NCBI RefSeq assembly: GCF_009914755.1
Contig: NC_060931.1
Length of the DNA stretch: 64,000 bases
From: the human T2T-CHM13v2.0 reference genome, Homo sapiens
Strand: one strand, 5' to 3'
Under the pieces are notes generated by a model. That model had not been told where the DNA came from. It worked only from the letters and a program-made list of their open reading frames with translations, and ran no database searches. The position numbers were made by a program, and so were the translations under genes. Every line of letters begins with the position of its first letter. Positions within the stretch are counted from its first letter, which is position 1. Positions 1 through 11,829 of this stretch are shown here, piece by piece.

Positions 1-26
1 CTGAGAGACCAAACACAGCACCTTAA

Positions 27-547
<521 letters not shown>

Positions 548-821
548 TGAATCCAATAAAGTTGGGTTAAAGTTTTACTCCCAAGCTTTTACAAAACAGG
601 AAAAAAAAATTCCTTGAGTATCTTTGTGCACAGATCTTATATTCCTAATATTTCTGTCACTTATTTTCCACCAGAGATATGGTTTATTTTACTTATAAAT
701 CATTCACTCATTAGGCAAATATTTGCTGAGCTCTTAATACATGATTACTGTGATCAATACACTCTGCTAAGTAAATCAAACGCAGATTTTCACTTTGAGA
801 AGCTTAAAATATAAATGAAAA

Positions 822-1368
822 ATTCTTAACTTTTATTTTAAGTTCAGAGGTACATGCGCAGGTGTATTATATAGATAGACTTGTGTCATGGGAATTTGTT
901 GTACAGATATTTCATCACCCAGGTATTAGAAAAAACAACCAATGGGGAAATGACTCCCTACTCAATAAATGATGCTGGAAAAACTGGCTAGCGATATGCA
1001 GAAGATTAAAACTCAACCCTTTCCTTACATCGTATACAAAAATTAACTCAAGATGGTTAAAGACTTAAAAGTAAAACTAAAACTATAAAAATCCTGGAAG
1101 ACAACCCAGGCAAAACCCTTCAGGACATAGGCACAGGCCAAGATTTCATGATGAAGACACCAAAAGCAATTACAATACAAGCAAAATTGCAATACAAGCA
1201 AAAGTTAACAAATAAGATCTAATTAAAGAGCTTCTGCACAGCAAAATAAAATATCAACAGAGTAAACAGACAACCTACAGAATGGGAGAAAAGTTTTGCA
1301 GACTATGCATATGACAAAGGTCTAATATCCAGCATCTATAAGTAACTTAAACAAATTTATAAGAAAAA
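822..1368. mobile_element. L1 (L1P-type) fragment: 3' end on - strand (~822-928) joined to an ORF2 segment on + strand (~929-1368)
   Basis: TTTTATTTTAAGTTCAGAGGTACATG...CACCCAGGTATTA is an L1 3' UTR in reverse; CAATGGGGAAATGACTCCCTACTCAATAAATG...CAACCTACAGAATGGGAGAAA is late ORF2 in sense. Confidence 0.85.
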
Positions 1369-1780
1369 TAAATGAATAGTAGTAACAGTAGTAGATGAAT
1401 AATGAGAAAAGGTACAGACAGGTACAAAAAGAGATGTGTGAGATACTTAAAGACACTACTTTCATTCAACAATAATTTAGGGGTTTTGTTCGTTTTTAAG
1501 TTTTGTGTGTCTTCACATCTGTGTTTTCTAACTTAAATATTAAATTCTTAGATGGTAAAATTGTGCCAGCTCAAATAGGCTGGCATCATGCCTACTATAG
1601 TAAAATACACAAATAGATAACAAATAATTAAAACACACACACACAAATACACATACACACACAGTTGTTTTAAGGTGTTTTAAAATGGAGTTATTTTAAA
1701 TTTTTTAAAATCAATATTAATAAAAACTCCATGTTACTATAAGTAGCATTATTCAAAGATTATTCATTAATCATTGGCTT

Positions 1781-2430
1781 TTTCAGAGGTATTTGAACTG
1801 GAGCAACTTCATCTTGAATAGGGGCTGGGTAAAATGAGGCTGAGACCTACTGGGCTGCATTTCCAGAAGGTTTGTCATTTTAAGTCACAGGAAGAGATAG
1901 GAGGTCAAGTTTGGCAAAATAATACAGGTCATAACGACTTTGCTGATAAAACTGGTTGTAGTAAAGAAGTTGAACAAAACCCACCAAAGCCAAGATGACA
2001 ATTGGAGTGACCACAGGTGGTCCACATGGCTCATTATATGCTAGTTAAAATACATTAGCATGCTAAAAAACAAAACAAAACAAAACACACTCCTACCAGC
2101 GCCATGACAGTTTACAAATACCTTGGCAATTTCAGGAAGTTACCATATATGGTCTAAAAAGGGGAGGAACCCTTAGTTCCAGGAAATGCCCACCCTTTGC
2201 CAAGAGAACTTATGAGTAATCTACCCCTTGTTTAGCATATAACCAAGAAATAACCATAAAAATGGCCAACCATGCTTCTGCTCTGCCTATGGACTAGCGA
2301 TTCTTTTATTCCTTTACTTTCTCAATAAACTTGCTTTCATTTTATTCTATGGTCTCACCCCAAATCCTTTCTTGAACGGGATCCAAGAATCCTCTCCTGG
2401 GGTCTACATCAGGACTCTTTTCTGATAACA
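1781..2430 (+). mobile_element. MER41 (MER41B-like) ERV1 solo LTR
   Basis: Starts T(T)TCAGAGGTATTTGAACTGGAGCAACTTCATCTTGAATAGGGGCTGGGTAAAATGAGGCTGAGACC, contains AATAAA near 2325, ends ...GATAACA; 4-bp TSD GCTT (1777-1780 / 2431-2434). Confidence 0.88.
2177..2185 (+). promoter_or_regulatory. GAS (STAT1-type) motif TTCCAGGAA in MER41
   Basis: Matches TTCN3GAA at the position of the first of the tandem MER41B GAS motifs; function not shown. Confidence 0.55.
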
Positions 2431-3210
2431 GCTTCATGGAATTGTCTAAGTTTTCAAGTTTCCTTCTGTATTTTAATTATGAATTTTAATATTAGTTATA
2501 ATACTAATTGTTATAAACATATTCATTAGAAATACTAAGGAGTATAATTTCACAGTAGTAAATAAATCTATTTACTTACTTTGAAAAGTGGTAAAGGAAC
2601 AATTAAGCTTATTGAATAGAGAACCTTAATAGTCAACATCTTGATTCAATTATTTTGCTTGCTCATTTAAATTTCTATTTGTTTTATAAAATCATGTAAG
2701 AATTTGTGACTCTAGCTAGTGCCTGAGGTTTATATTAGTCAGTTAAAATTTATGGTAGTTATATCTTTGACTATTCATTGTTTCAAATTGATTATCTATA
2801 ACTTGTGAGTCATAAATTTACTGAATTATATTTTTTTAAATTATTCACATGTATTATTTGTGAGCTCCCAAATATTTTGCCATTTTGTAACAACTTGAAA
2901 ATTCTTACATCTATTTAGAGCTCTTAGCTAAAAGTGAAAAGTGGCAATCTTAGAGTCATAAAGTAGGTTGCTGTGTAGAGTTAGAATATAGCACTGCAAG
3001 ATTTCAACTTGTAGGACAAATTAGTAAATAAAAAAACAGAATTTCACATGTATTATATCTAATGAATATGATATCATTAATATCAACAGAAAACATACCA
3101 TAATCAACAAAAAAACTGTAAGCCACATGCTTAGAAAAAGTGTTATATTAGATTTTCCATTTCCAGTATCACTGAAAGACATTGTTTAGCATTGACCTAA
3201 GCATGGTGGT

Positions 3211-3661
3211 TGTCAGGCCTCTGAGCCCAAGCCAAGCCATCACATCCCCTGTGACTTGCACATATATGCCCAGATGGCCTGAAGTAACTGAAGAATCACA
3301 AAAGAAGTGAATATGCCCTGCCCCACCTTAACTGATGACATTCCACCACAAAAGAAGTGTAAATGGCCGGTCCTTGCCTTAACTGATGACATTACCTTGT
3401 GAAAGTCCTTTTCCTGGCTCATCCTGGCTCAAAAAGCACCCCCACTGAGCACCTTGTGACCCCCACTCCTGCCTGCCAGAGAACAACCCCCCTTTGACTG
3501 TAATATTCCTTTATCTACCCAAATCCTATAAAACGGCCCCACCCCTATCTCCCTTCGCTGACTCTCTTTTTGGACTCAGCCCACCTGCACCCAGGTGATT
3601 AAAAGCTTTATTGCTCACACAAAGCCTGTTTGGTGGTCTCTTCACAGGGACGTGCATGAAA
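3211..3661 (+). promoter_or_regulatory. 5' LTR (LTR7 family) of provirus 1
   Basis: TGTCAGGCCTCTGAGCCCAAG...CATGAAA; TATAAAA at 3527-3533; ATTAAA polyA signal near 3598; two ACAAAAGA SOX-like motifs in U3. Confidence 0.96.
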
Positions 3662-3663
3662 TT

Positions 3664-3680
3664 TGGTGCCGTGACTCGAT
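3664..3680 (+). other. Primer-binding site, tRNA-His
   Basis: TGGTGCCGTGACTCGAT vs canonical TGGTGCCGTGACTCGGAT (1-nt deletion). Confidence 0.93.
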
Positions 3681-4194
3681 CGGGGGACCTCCCTTGGGAG
3701 ATCAATCCCCTGTCCTCCTGTTCTTTGCTCCATGAGAAAGATCCACCTACGACCTCAGGTCCTCAGACCGACCAGCCCAAGGAACATCTCACCAATTTTA
3801 ATCAGGTAAGCGGCCTCTTCTTACTCTCTTCTCCAACCTCTCCCACTGTCCCTCAACCACTTTCTCCTTTCCACTCTTCAATCTCTCCCTTCTCTTAATT
3901 TCAATTCCTTTCATTTTATGGGAGAGACAAAGGAGACACGTTTTATCCGTGGCCCCAAAACTCCAGCGCCGGTCACGGACTGGGAAGGCAGCCTTCCCTT
4001 GGTGTTTAATCACTGCAGGGACGCCTCTCTGATTATTCACCCACGTTTCAAAGGTGTCAGACCACGCAGGGACGCCTGCCTTGGTCCTTCACCCTTAGTG
4101 GCAAGTCCCACTTTTCTGGGGGAGGGGCAAGTACCCCAACCCCTTCTCCTTCACTCTTAGCGGCAAGTCCCGCTTTTCTAGAGGAGGGGCAAGC

Positions 4195-4400
4195 ACCCCA
4201 ACCTTGTATCTCTGCCCCCCAATCCCTTATTTCCATGCCCCAACCTCTTATATCTCTGCACCCCAATCCCTTATTTCTGTGCCCCGACCCCTTATTTCCG
4301 TGCCCTGACCCCTTATTTCCATGCCTTGACCCCTTATTTCTGTGCCCCATCCCTTATTTCTGTGCCCTGACATCTTTTCTCTGCACCCCAACCCCTTTTC
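4195..4400 (+). repeat. ~21-bp tandem repeat array (CCTTATTTCYGTGCCCCRACC) in the HERV-H leader
   Basis: About 9 degenerate units visible; produces a G-x-x-x-K-G-S periodic antisense ORF (4057..4350). Confidence 0.85.
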
Positions 4401-4484
4401 CCACTTTTCTGGAAGGTAAGAACTCCCGAACCCCTTCCCTCCATTTCTCTACTCTCTCTTTTCTCTAGGCTTGCTTCCTTCACT

Positions 4485-5710
4485 ATAGGCAACCTTCCAC
4501 CCTCCATTCCTCCTTCTACTCCCTTAGCCTGTGTTCTCAAAAACTTAAAGCCTCTTCAACTCATACCTGACCTAAAACCTAAATGCCTTATTTTCTTCTG
4601 CAATGCCACTTGACCCCAATACAAATTCGACAGTAGTTCCAAATAGCCAGAAAATGGCACTTTGAATTTTTCCATCCTGCAAGATCTAAATAATTATTGT
4701 CGTAAAATAGGCAAACGGTCTGAGGTGCCTGACGTCCAGGAATTCTTTTACACATCAGTCCCTTCCTAGTCTCTGTGCCCAGTGCAATTCATCCCAAATC
4801 TTCCTTCTTTCCCTCCCGCCTGTCCCCTCAGTACCAACCCAAAGCATCGCTGAGTCTTTCTAATCTTCCTTTTCTACAGACCCATCTGACCTCTCCCTTC
4901 CTCCCCAGGCTGCTCCTCGCCAGGCCGAGCTAGGTCCCAATTCTTCCTCAGCCTCTGCTCCTCCACCCTATAATCTTTTTATCACCTCCTCTCCTCACAC
5001 CTGGTCCGGCTTACAGTTTTGTTCCGTGACTAGCCCTCCCCCTCCTGCCCAGCAATTTACTCTTAAACAGGTGGCTGGAGCTAAAGGCATAGTCAAAGTT
5101 AATTCTCCTTTTTCTTTATCCCAAATCAGATAGCCTTTAGGCTCTTTTTCATCAAATATAAAAATCCAGCCCAGTTCATTACTTGTTTGGAAGCAACCCT
5201 GAGACACTTTACAGCCCTAGACCCTAAAATGTCAAAAGGCCGTCTTATTCTCAAGATACATTTTATTACCCAATCTGCTCCCGACATTAAATAAAACTCC
5301 AAAAATTAAATTCCGGCCCTCAAACCCCACAACAGGATTTAATTAAACTCGACTTTAAGGTGTACAATAATAGAAAAAAGTTGCAATTCCTTGCCTCCAC
5401 TGTGAGACAAACCCCAGCCACATCTCCAGCACACAAGAACTTCCAAACGCCTGAACCGCAGCGGCCAGGCATTCCTCCAGAACCTCCTCCCACAGGAACT
5501 TGCTACATGTGCCGGAAATCTGACCACTGGGCCAAGGAATGCCCGCGGCCCAGGATTCCTCCTAAGCCGTGTCCCATCTGTGTGGGACCCCACTGAAAAT
5601 CAGACTGTTCAACTCACCTGGCAGCCACTCCCAGAGCCCTTGGAACTCTGGCCCAAGGCTCTCTGACTGACTCCTTCCCAGATCTTCTCGGCTTAGCAGC
5701 TGAAGACTGA
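4485..5710 (+). pseudogene. gag: HERV-H gag remnant (provirus 1)
   Basis: Start degraded to ATAGGCAACCTT; CYMCRKSDHWAKEC (CX2CX4HX4C) knuckle and second knuckle CPICVGPH* in ORF 5360..5596; many stops. Confidence 0.85.
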
Positions 5711-5759
5711 TGCTTCCCGATCGCCTCGGAAGCCCCCTAGACCATCACGGATGCCGAGC

Positions 5760-7945
5760 TTCGGGTAACTCTCACAGTGGAAGGTAAGCCCATCCCCTTC
5801 TTAATCAATACGGAGGCTACCCACTCCATATTACCTTCTTTTCAAGGGCCTGTTTCCCTTGCCTCCATAACTGTTGTTGGTATTGATGGCCAGGCTTCTA
5901 AACCTCTTAAAACTCCCCAACTCTGGTGCCAACTTAGACAGTACTCTTTTAAGCACTCCTTTTTAGTTATTCCCACCTGCCCAGTTCCCTTATTAGGCTG
6001 AGACACTTTAACTAAATTATCTGCTTCTCTGACCATTCCTGGACTACAGCTATATCTTATTGCCTCCCTTCTTCCCAATCCAAAGCCTCCTTTGCGTCCT
6101 CCTCTTGTATCCCCCCACCTTAACCCACAAGTGTAAGATACCTCTACTCCCTCCTTGGTGACCGATCATGCACCCCTTACCATGTCATTAAAACCTAATC
6201 ACCCTTACCCCACTCAAGGCCAGTATCCCATCCTGCAGCATGCTTTAAAAAGATTAAAGCCTGTTATCACTCACCTGCTACAGCATGGCCTTTTAAAGCC
6301 TATAAACTCTCCTTACAATTCCCCCATTTTACCTGTCCTAAAACCAGACAAGGCTTACAAGTTAGTTCAGGATCTGCACCTTATCAACCAAATTGTTTTG
6401 CCTATCCACCCTGTGGTGCCAAACCCATATACTCTCCTATCCTCAATACCTGCCTCTATAACCCATTATTCTGTTCTGGATCTCAAACATGCTTTCTTTA
6501 CTATTCCTTTGCACCCTTAATCCCAGACTCTCTTCGCTTTCACTTGGACTGACCCTGACATCCATCAAGCTCAGCAAATTACCTAGGCTGTACTGCCGCA
6601 AAGCTTCACAGACAGCCCCCATTACTTCAATCAAGCCCAAATTTCATCCTCATCTGTTACCTATCTTGGCATAATTCTCATAAAAACACAGGTGCTCTCC
6701 CTGCCAATCGTGTCCGACTGCTCTCTCAAACCCAAGCACCTTCTACAAAACAACAACTCCTTTCCTTGCTAGGCTTGATTAGCACTGTCAGAATTCTTAC
6801 ACAAGAGCCAGGACCACACCCTGTAGCCTTTCTGTCCAAACAACTTGACCTTACTGTTTTAGCCTAGCCCTCATGTCTGTGTGCAGTGGCTGCCACTGCT
6901 TTAATACTTTTAGAGGCCCTCAAAATCACAAACTATGCTCAACTCACTCTCTACAGTTCTCATAACTTCCAAAATCTATTTTCTTCCTCATACCTGATAC
7001 ATATACTGTCTGCTCCCCGGCTCCTTCAGCTGTACTCACTCTTTGTTGAGTCTCCCACAATTACCATTGTTCCTGGCACAGACTTCAATCTGGCTTCCCA
7101 CATTATTCCTAATGCCATACCTGACCCCCATGACTGTATCTCTCTGATCCACCTGACATTCACCCCATTTCCCCAAATTTCCTTCTTTCCTGTTCCTCAC
7201 CCTGATCATGCTTGATTTATTGATGGCGGTTCCACCAGGCCTAATCGCCACACACCAGCAAAGGCAGGTTATACTATAGTACAAGCCACTAGCCCGCCTC
7301 TTAGAACCTCTCATTTCCTTTCCATTGTGGAAATCTATCCTCAAGGAAATAACTTCTCAGTGTTCCATCTGCTATTCTACTACTCCTCAGGGATTATTCA
7401 GGCCCCCTCCCTTCCCTACACATCAAGCTCGAGGATTTGCCCCACCCAGGACTGGCAAATTAGCTTTACTCAACATACCCTGAGTCAGATAACTGAAATA
7501 CCTCTTAGTCTAGGTAGATACTTTCACTGGATAGGTAGAGGCCTTTCCTACAGGGTCTGAGAAGGCCACCACAGTCATTTCTTCCATTCTGTCAGACATA
7601 ATTCCTCAGTTTAGCCTTCCCACCTCAATACAGTCTGATAACAGACCAGCCTTTATTAGTCAAATCAGCCAAGCAGTGTTTCAGGCTCTTAGTATTCAGT
7701 GAAACCTTTATATCCCTTACAGTCCTCCATCTTCAAGAAAAGTAGAATGGACTAAAGGTCTTTTAAAAACACACCTCACCAAGCTCAGCCAACAACTTAA
7801 AAAGCACTGGACAATACTTTTACCACTTTCCCTTCTCAGAATTCAGGCCTGTCCTCAGAATGCTACAGGGTACAGCCCATTTAAGCTCCTGTATAGACGA
7901 TCCTTTTTATTAGGCCCCAGTCTCATTCCAGACACCAGACCAACT
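5760..7945 (+). pseudogene. pol: HERV-H pro-pol remnant (provirus 1) with internal deletions
   Basis: FLINTEATHS (degenerate DTG protease), QYPI..SPYNSPILPVLKPD..VLDLKHAFF (RT N-terminus), integrase remnants 7440-7800; YxDD region and most of RNase H missing. Confidence 0.88.
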
Positions 7946-8536
7946 TAGACTGTGCCCCAAAAAACTTGTCATCCCTACTATCTTCTGTCTAGTCATACTC
8001 CTATTCACCGTTCTCAACTACTCATACATGCCCTGCTCTTGTTTACACTGCCGGTTTACACTGTTTTTCCAAGCCATCACAGCTGATACCTCCTGGTGCT
8101 ATCCCCAAACTGCCACTCTTAACTCTTGAAGTAAATAAATAATCTTTGCTGGCAGGACTATGCTGAATCTCCTTAGGCACTCTCTAATCAGATATCCTGA
8201 GTTGTCCCAATTCTTAGACCTTTTATATCTGTTTTTCTCCTTCTGTTATTCCATTTAGTTTCTCAATTCATCCAAAACCATATCCAGGCCATCGCCAATC
8301 ATTCTATATGACAAATGTTTCTTCTAACATCCCCACAATATCACCCCTTGCCACAAGACCTCCCTTCAGCTAAATCTCTCCCACTCTAGGTTCCCACGCC
8401 GCCCCTCATCCCGCTTGAAGCAGCCCTGAGAAATATCACCCATTCTGTCTCCATACCACCCCCCAAAAATTTTCACTGCCCCAACACTTCAACACTATTT
8501 TGTTTTATTTTTCTTATTAATATAAGAAGGCAGGAA

Positions 8537-8987
8537 TGTCAGTCCTCTGAGCCCAAGCCAAGCCATCGCATCCCCTGTGACTTGCACGTATATGCCCAGA
8601 TGGCCTGAAGTAACTGAAGAATCACAAAAGAAGTGAATATGCCTTGCCCCACCTTAACTGATGACATTCCACCACAAAAGAAGTGTAAATGGCCGGTCCT
8701 TGCCTTAAGTGATGACATTACCTTGTGAAAGTCCTTTTCCTGGCTCATCCTGGCTCAAAAATCACCCCTGCTGAGCACCCTGCGACCCCCACTCCTGCCA
8801 GCCAGAGAACAACACCCCTTTGACTGTAATTTTCCTTTACCTACCCAAATCCTATAAAACGGCCCCACCCTTATCTCCCTTCCTTGACTCTCTTTTTGGA
8901 CTCAGCCCACCTGCACCCAGGTGATTAAAAGCTTTATTGCTCACACAAAGCCTGTTTGGTGGTCTCTTCACAGGGAAGCGCATGAAA
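8537..8987 (+). promoter_or_regulatory. 3' LTR (LTR7 family) of provirus 1
   Basis: Colinear with the 5' LTR; about 19 substitutions in 451 bp by manual count. Confidence 0.96.
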
Positions 8988-8992
8988 GTGGT

Positions 8993-9081
8993 GTTTACCT
9001 GTAGTCCTAGCTACTTAGAAGGCTAAGGTGGGAGGATCCCTTGAGACCAGGAGTTTGAGATTACAGTGAGCTATGATCATG
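8993..9081 (+). mobile_element. Old Alu monomer (FAM/FRAM-like), 3' part; the 5' stub lies at ~3195-3210 before provirus 1
   Basis: GTTTACCTGTAGTCCTAGCTACTTAGAAGGCTAAGGTGGGAGGATCCCTTGAGACCAGGAGTTTGAGATTACAGTGAGCTATGATC continues GCATGGTGGT. Confidence 0.8.
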
Positions 9082-10460
9082 AAGTGGTGATGATTATAGC
9101 TGCTCATGTGTGTCCACATTTGAAGGCTATCACTTCAATTAATCATATATGTTTTATTTTACTAATTATTTTATAGTCCTGATAATATTACTGAGTCAAA
9201 ATTGTATAAACAATCACAGAGAAAAAATAAGATTTTTTGTTTTTTAAGTGTATTATTCCCATTAAAAGCATTTCCTAGAGCCCTAGAGCTGTATATATTT
9301 CACTAAAATATGCCCAATTTCAAGAAAAATATTCTGAATTACTTCTACTCGGAGTAATTTGAGATCTCTCCTTTTCATTGCTGTCTCTGCACTAAAGCAT
9401 TTTAAAAGATGTGCTTTAGTGATTCGTTTTAAAGCTAGACATACACATTTGTGGATGCTATTACAATAAAAACCATGCAGAGTAACTGAGCCTTTGGCAT
9501 TGACTATTTCACTTCATTACCCATCAAATTTGAGACTTCTTCCAGAAAAGCAAGAGGAAAATTTAAATCAAATTGATTTATAATAGTGACAAATGACCTT
9601 TTTTCTCCTTAAACATTTAATACTAATATTTGAAAGGAAAAGATGGAGGCATATGAGGGTTTTGATTTGCTGAGAGATGATGGTTTTTTGCATTCCTTTT
9701 GAAAGCAGGGAAAATATACAGGTTATTTTCTTTTACTGATTTAGATTAGCAGGTATATGTCTTTTACCATCTCCATGCTTTGGATGATGGTTATGGATCA
9801 TGCCATTAATGCATTTAACTGCCCCCAATACACAGATCTATCTGATTATTGTAAGCATCTTGAGGCATGAGTTTGCACCCAGAAGTGCTGGTATACTTAT
9901 AAAAAAGAAAAAAGAAACACACAATTTGCTTCCACATTGTGAAACACAGTCAATTTTGAATTAAGTTGCTTTATTCAGGGTTGCATACTGATTTGAAGAT
10001 TCACTTCATTGTTTCTGCTGCTGTGGTTGTAACCCAATGATTACACTGAATTATCTGAATACAAAAGTAACTGGGTAGAAACTATATTAATTTCATGATT
10101 ATCCACAAACTTTGCTTTTAATTAACTGTTCATCTGTTTATTCAGCAAAAGCTTGTTAGTACATACCATATGCCAGAAATGGTTAAAGGGAGAAATGCTA
10201 CAACAAAAAGTAGATATGACATAATTTCTTCTCTCAAAAGCTTTTCAGTAGGAGAAAGGTGAATATAAATGAAAGCCATAAATCCTTGCATGTATTATAA
10301 TAGATAGAAGTGTGTTAATACACATAACGGACACCTAAAACAGGCCATGGTGATTTATATTTCCAGTTTCTAAAAGGTTTTTTAAAGAATGTATTCCTAA
10401 CTGTAAATAATTTTTTTTCCAAAAACTGTAGTATATGTTTTAATTTTAAAGTCATGGCCA

Positions 10461-10752
10461 GGCTGAGCACAGTGGCTCACACCTGTAATCCTAGCATTTT
10501 GAGAGGCCAAGGTGGGTGGATCTCAAGGTCAGGAGTTCAAGATCAGCCTGGCCAATATGGTGAAACTCCATCTCTACTAAAAATATAAAAATTAGCCAGG
10601 CATGGTGGTGGGCTCCTGTAGTCCCAGCTACTCAGGAAGCTGAGGCAGGAGAATTGCTTGAACCTGGGAGGAGGTTGCAGAGAGCCAAGATCACGCCACT
10701 TGCACTCTAGCCTGGGCGACAGAGTGAGACTCCGTCTCAAAAAAAAAAAAAA
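10461..10752 (+). mobile_element. Alu SINE (AluS-type) between the two proviruses
   Basis: Full dimer with A-tail; TSD TCATGGCCA on both sides. Confidence 0.95.
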
Positions 10753-10804
10753 TCATGGCCATATATACTTGTCAAACTTTCATTTTACTTATTCACATAC
10801 TACC

Positions 10805-11215
10805 TGCCAGGCCTCTGAGCCCAAGCTAAGCCATCATATCCCCTGTGACCTGCACGTACACATCCAGATGGCCGGTTCCTGCCTTAACTGATGACATTCC
10901 ACCACAAAAGAAGTGAAAATGGCCTGTTCCTGCCTTAACTGATGACAATGTCTTGTGAAATTCCTTCTCCTGGCTCATGCTGGCTCAAAAGCTCCCCTAC
11001 TGAGCACCTTGTGACCCCCACACCTGCCCGCCAGAGAACAACCCCCCTTTGACTGTAATTTTCCTTTACCTACCCAAATCCTATAAAATGGCCCCACCCC
11101 ATCTCCCTTTGCTGACTCTCTTTTTGGATTTAGCCAGCCTGCACCCAGGTGATTGAAAGCCTTATTGCTCACACAAAGCCTGTTTGGTGGTCTCTTCACA
11201 TCGACGCTCATGAAA
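10805..11215 (+). promoter_or_regulatory. 5' LTR (LTR7 family, ~40 bp shorter U3) of provirus 2
   Basis: TGCCAGGCCTCTGAGCCC...CATGAAA; two CCTGCCTTAACTGATGAC units; TATAAAA 11082-11088; polyA hexamer mutated to ATTGAA. Confidence 0.95.
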
Positions 11216-11217
11216 TT

Positions 11218-11235
11218 TGGTGCCAAAACCGGGGA
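11218..11235 (+). other. Primer-binding site, tRNA-Phe-like
   Basis: TGGTGCCAAAACCGGGGA matches the tRNA-Phe PBS TGGTGCCGAAACCCGGGA at 16/18 and the tRNA-His PBS at 11/18. Confidence 0.85.
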
Positions 11236-11829
11236 TTGGGGGACCTCCCTTAGGAGATCAATCCCTTATCCTTCCTCCTGCTCTTTGCTCCATGAGAAAG
11301 ATCCACCTATGACCTCTGGTCCTCAGACCCACCAGCCCAAGGAACATCTCACCAATTTCAAATCCGGTAAGCGGCCTCTTCTTACTCTGTTCTCCAACCT
11401 CCCTCACTATCCCTCAACCTCTTTATCCTTTCAATCTTGGTGCCACACTTCAATCTCTCCCTTCTGTTAATTTCAATTCCTTTCATTTTCTGGTAGAGAC
11501 AAAAGAGACACGTTTTATCCTTGGACCCAAAACTCCGGCGCTGGTCACGGACTGGGAAGGCAGCCTTCCCTTGGTGTTTAATCATTGCAGGGACACCTCT
11601 CTGATTATTCGCCCAGGTTTCAGAGGTGTCAGACCACACAGGGACACCTGCCTTGCTCCTTCACCCTTAGTGGCAAGTCCTGCTTTTCTAAGGAAGAGGC
11701 AAGAACCCCAACCCCTTCTCTCCATGTCTCTACCCCTTCTCTGCTTTTCTGGGGGAGGGGTAAGAACCCCTCAACCCCTGCCCCTTCACCCTTAGCAGCA
11801 AGTCCCACTTTTCTAGGGGAGAGGCAGGA

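Larger units (their letters stand above)
3211..8987 (+). mobile_element. HERV-H provirus 1 (deleted, non-coding; LTR7-gag-pro-pol-env remnant-LTR7)
   Basis: Two 451-bp LTRs, tRNA-His PBS, PPT AAGAAGGCAGGAA at 8524-8536, gag zinc knuckle, pro/RT/IN remnants, 5-bp TSD GTGGT (3206-3210 / 8988-8992). Confidence 0.98.

Noticed and set aside
4195-4400. ~21-bp repeat arrays (also 11830-12010) as a CRISPR-like or novel array
   Set aside because: No unique spacers; contiguous degenerate tandem units that are part of the HERV-H leader in eukaryotic DNA
5777-7800. Replication-competent or protein-coding provirus
   Set aside because: gag start mutated, protease DTG lost, YxDD and env deleted, many stops in both copies
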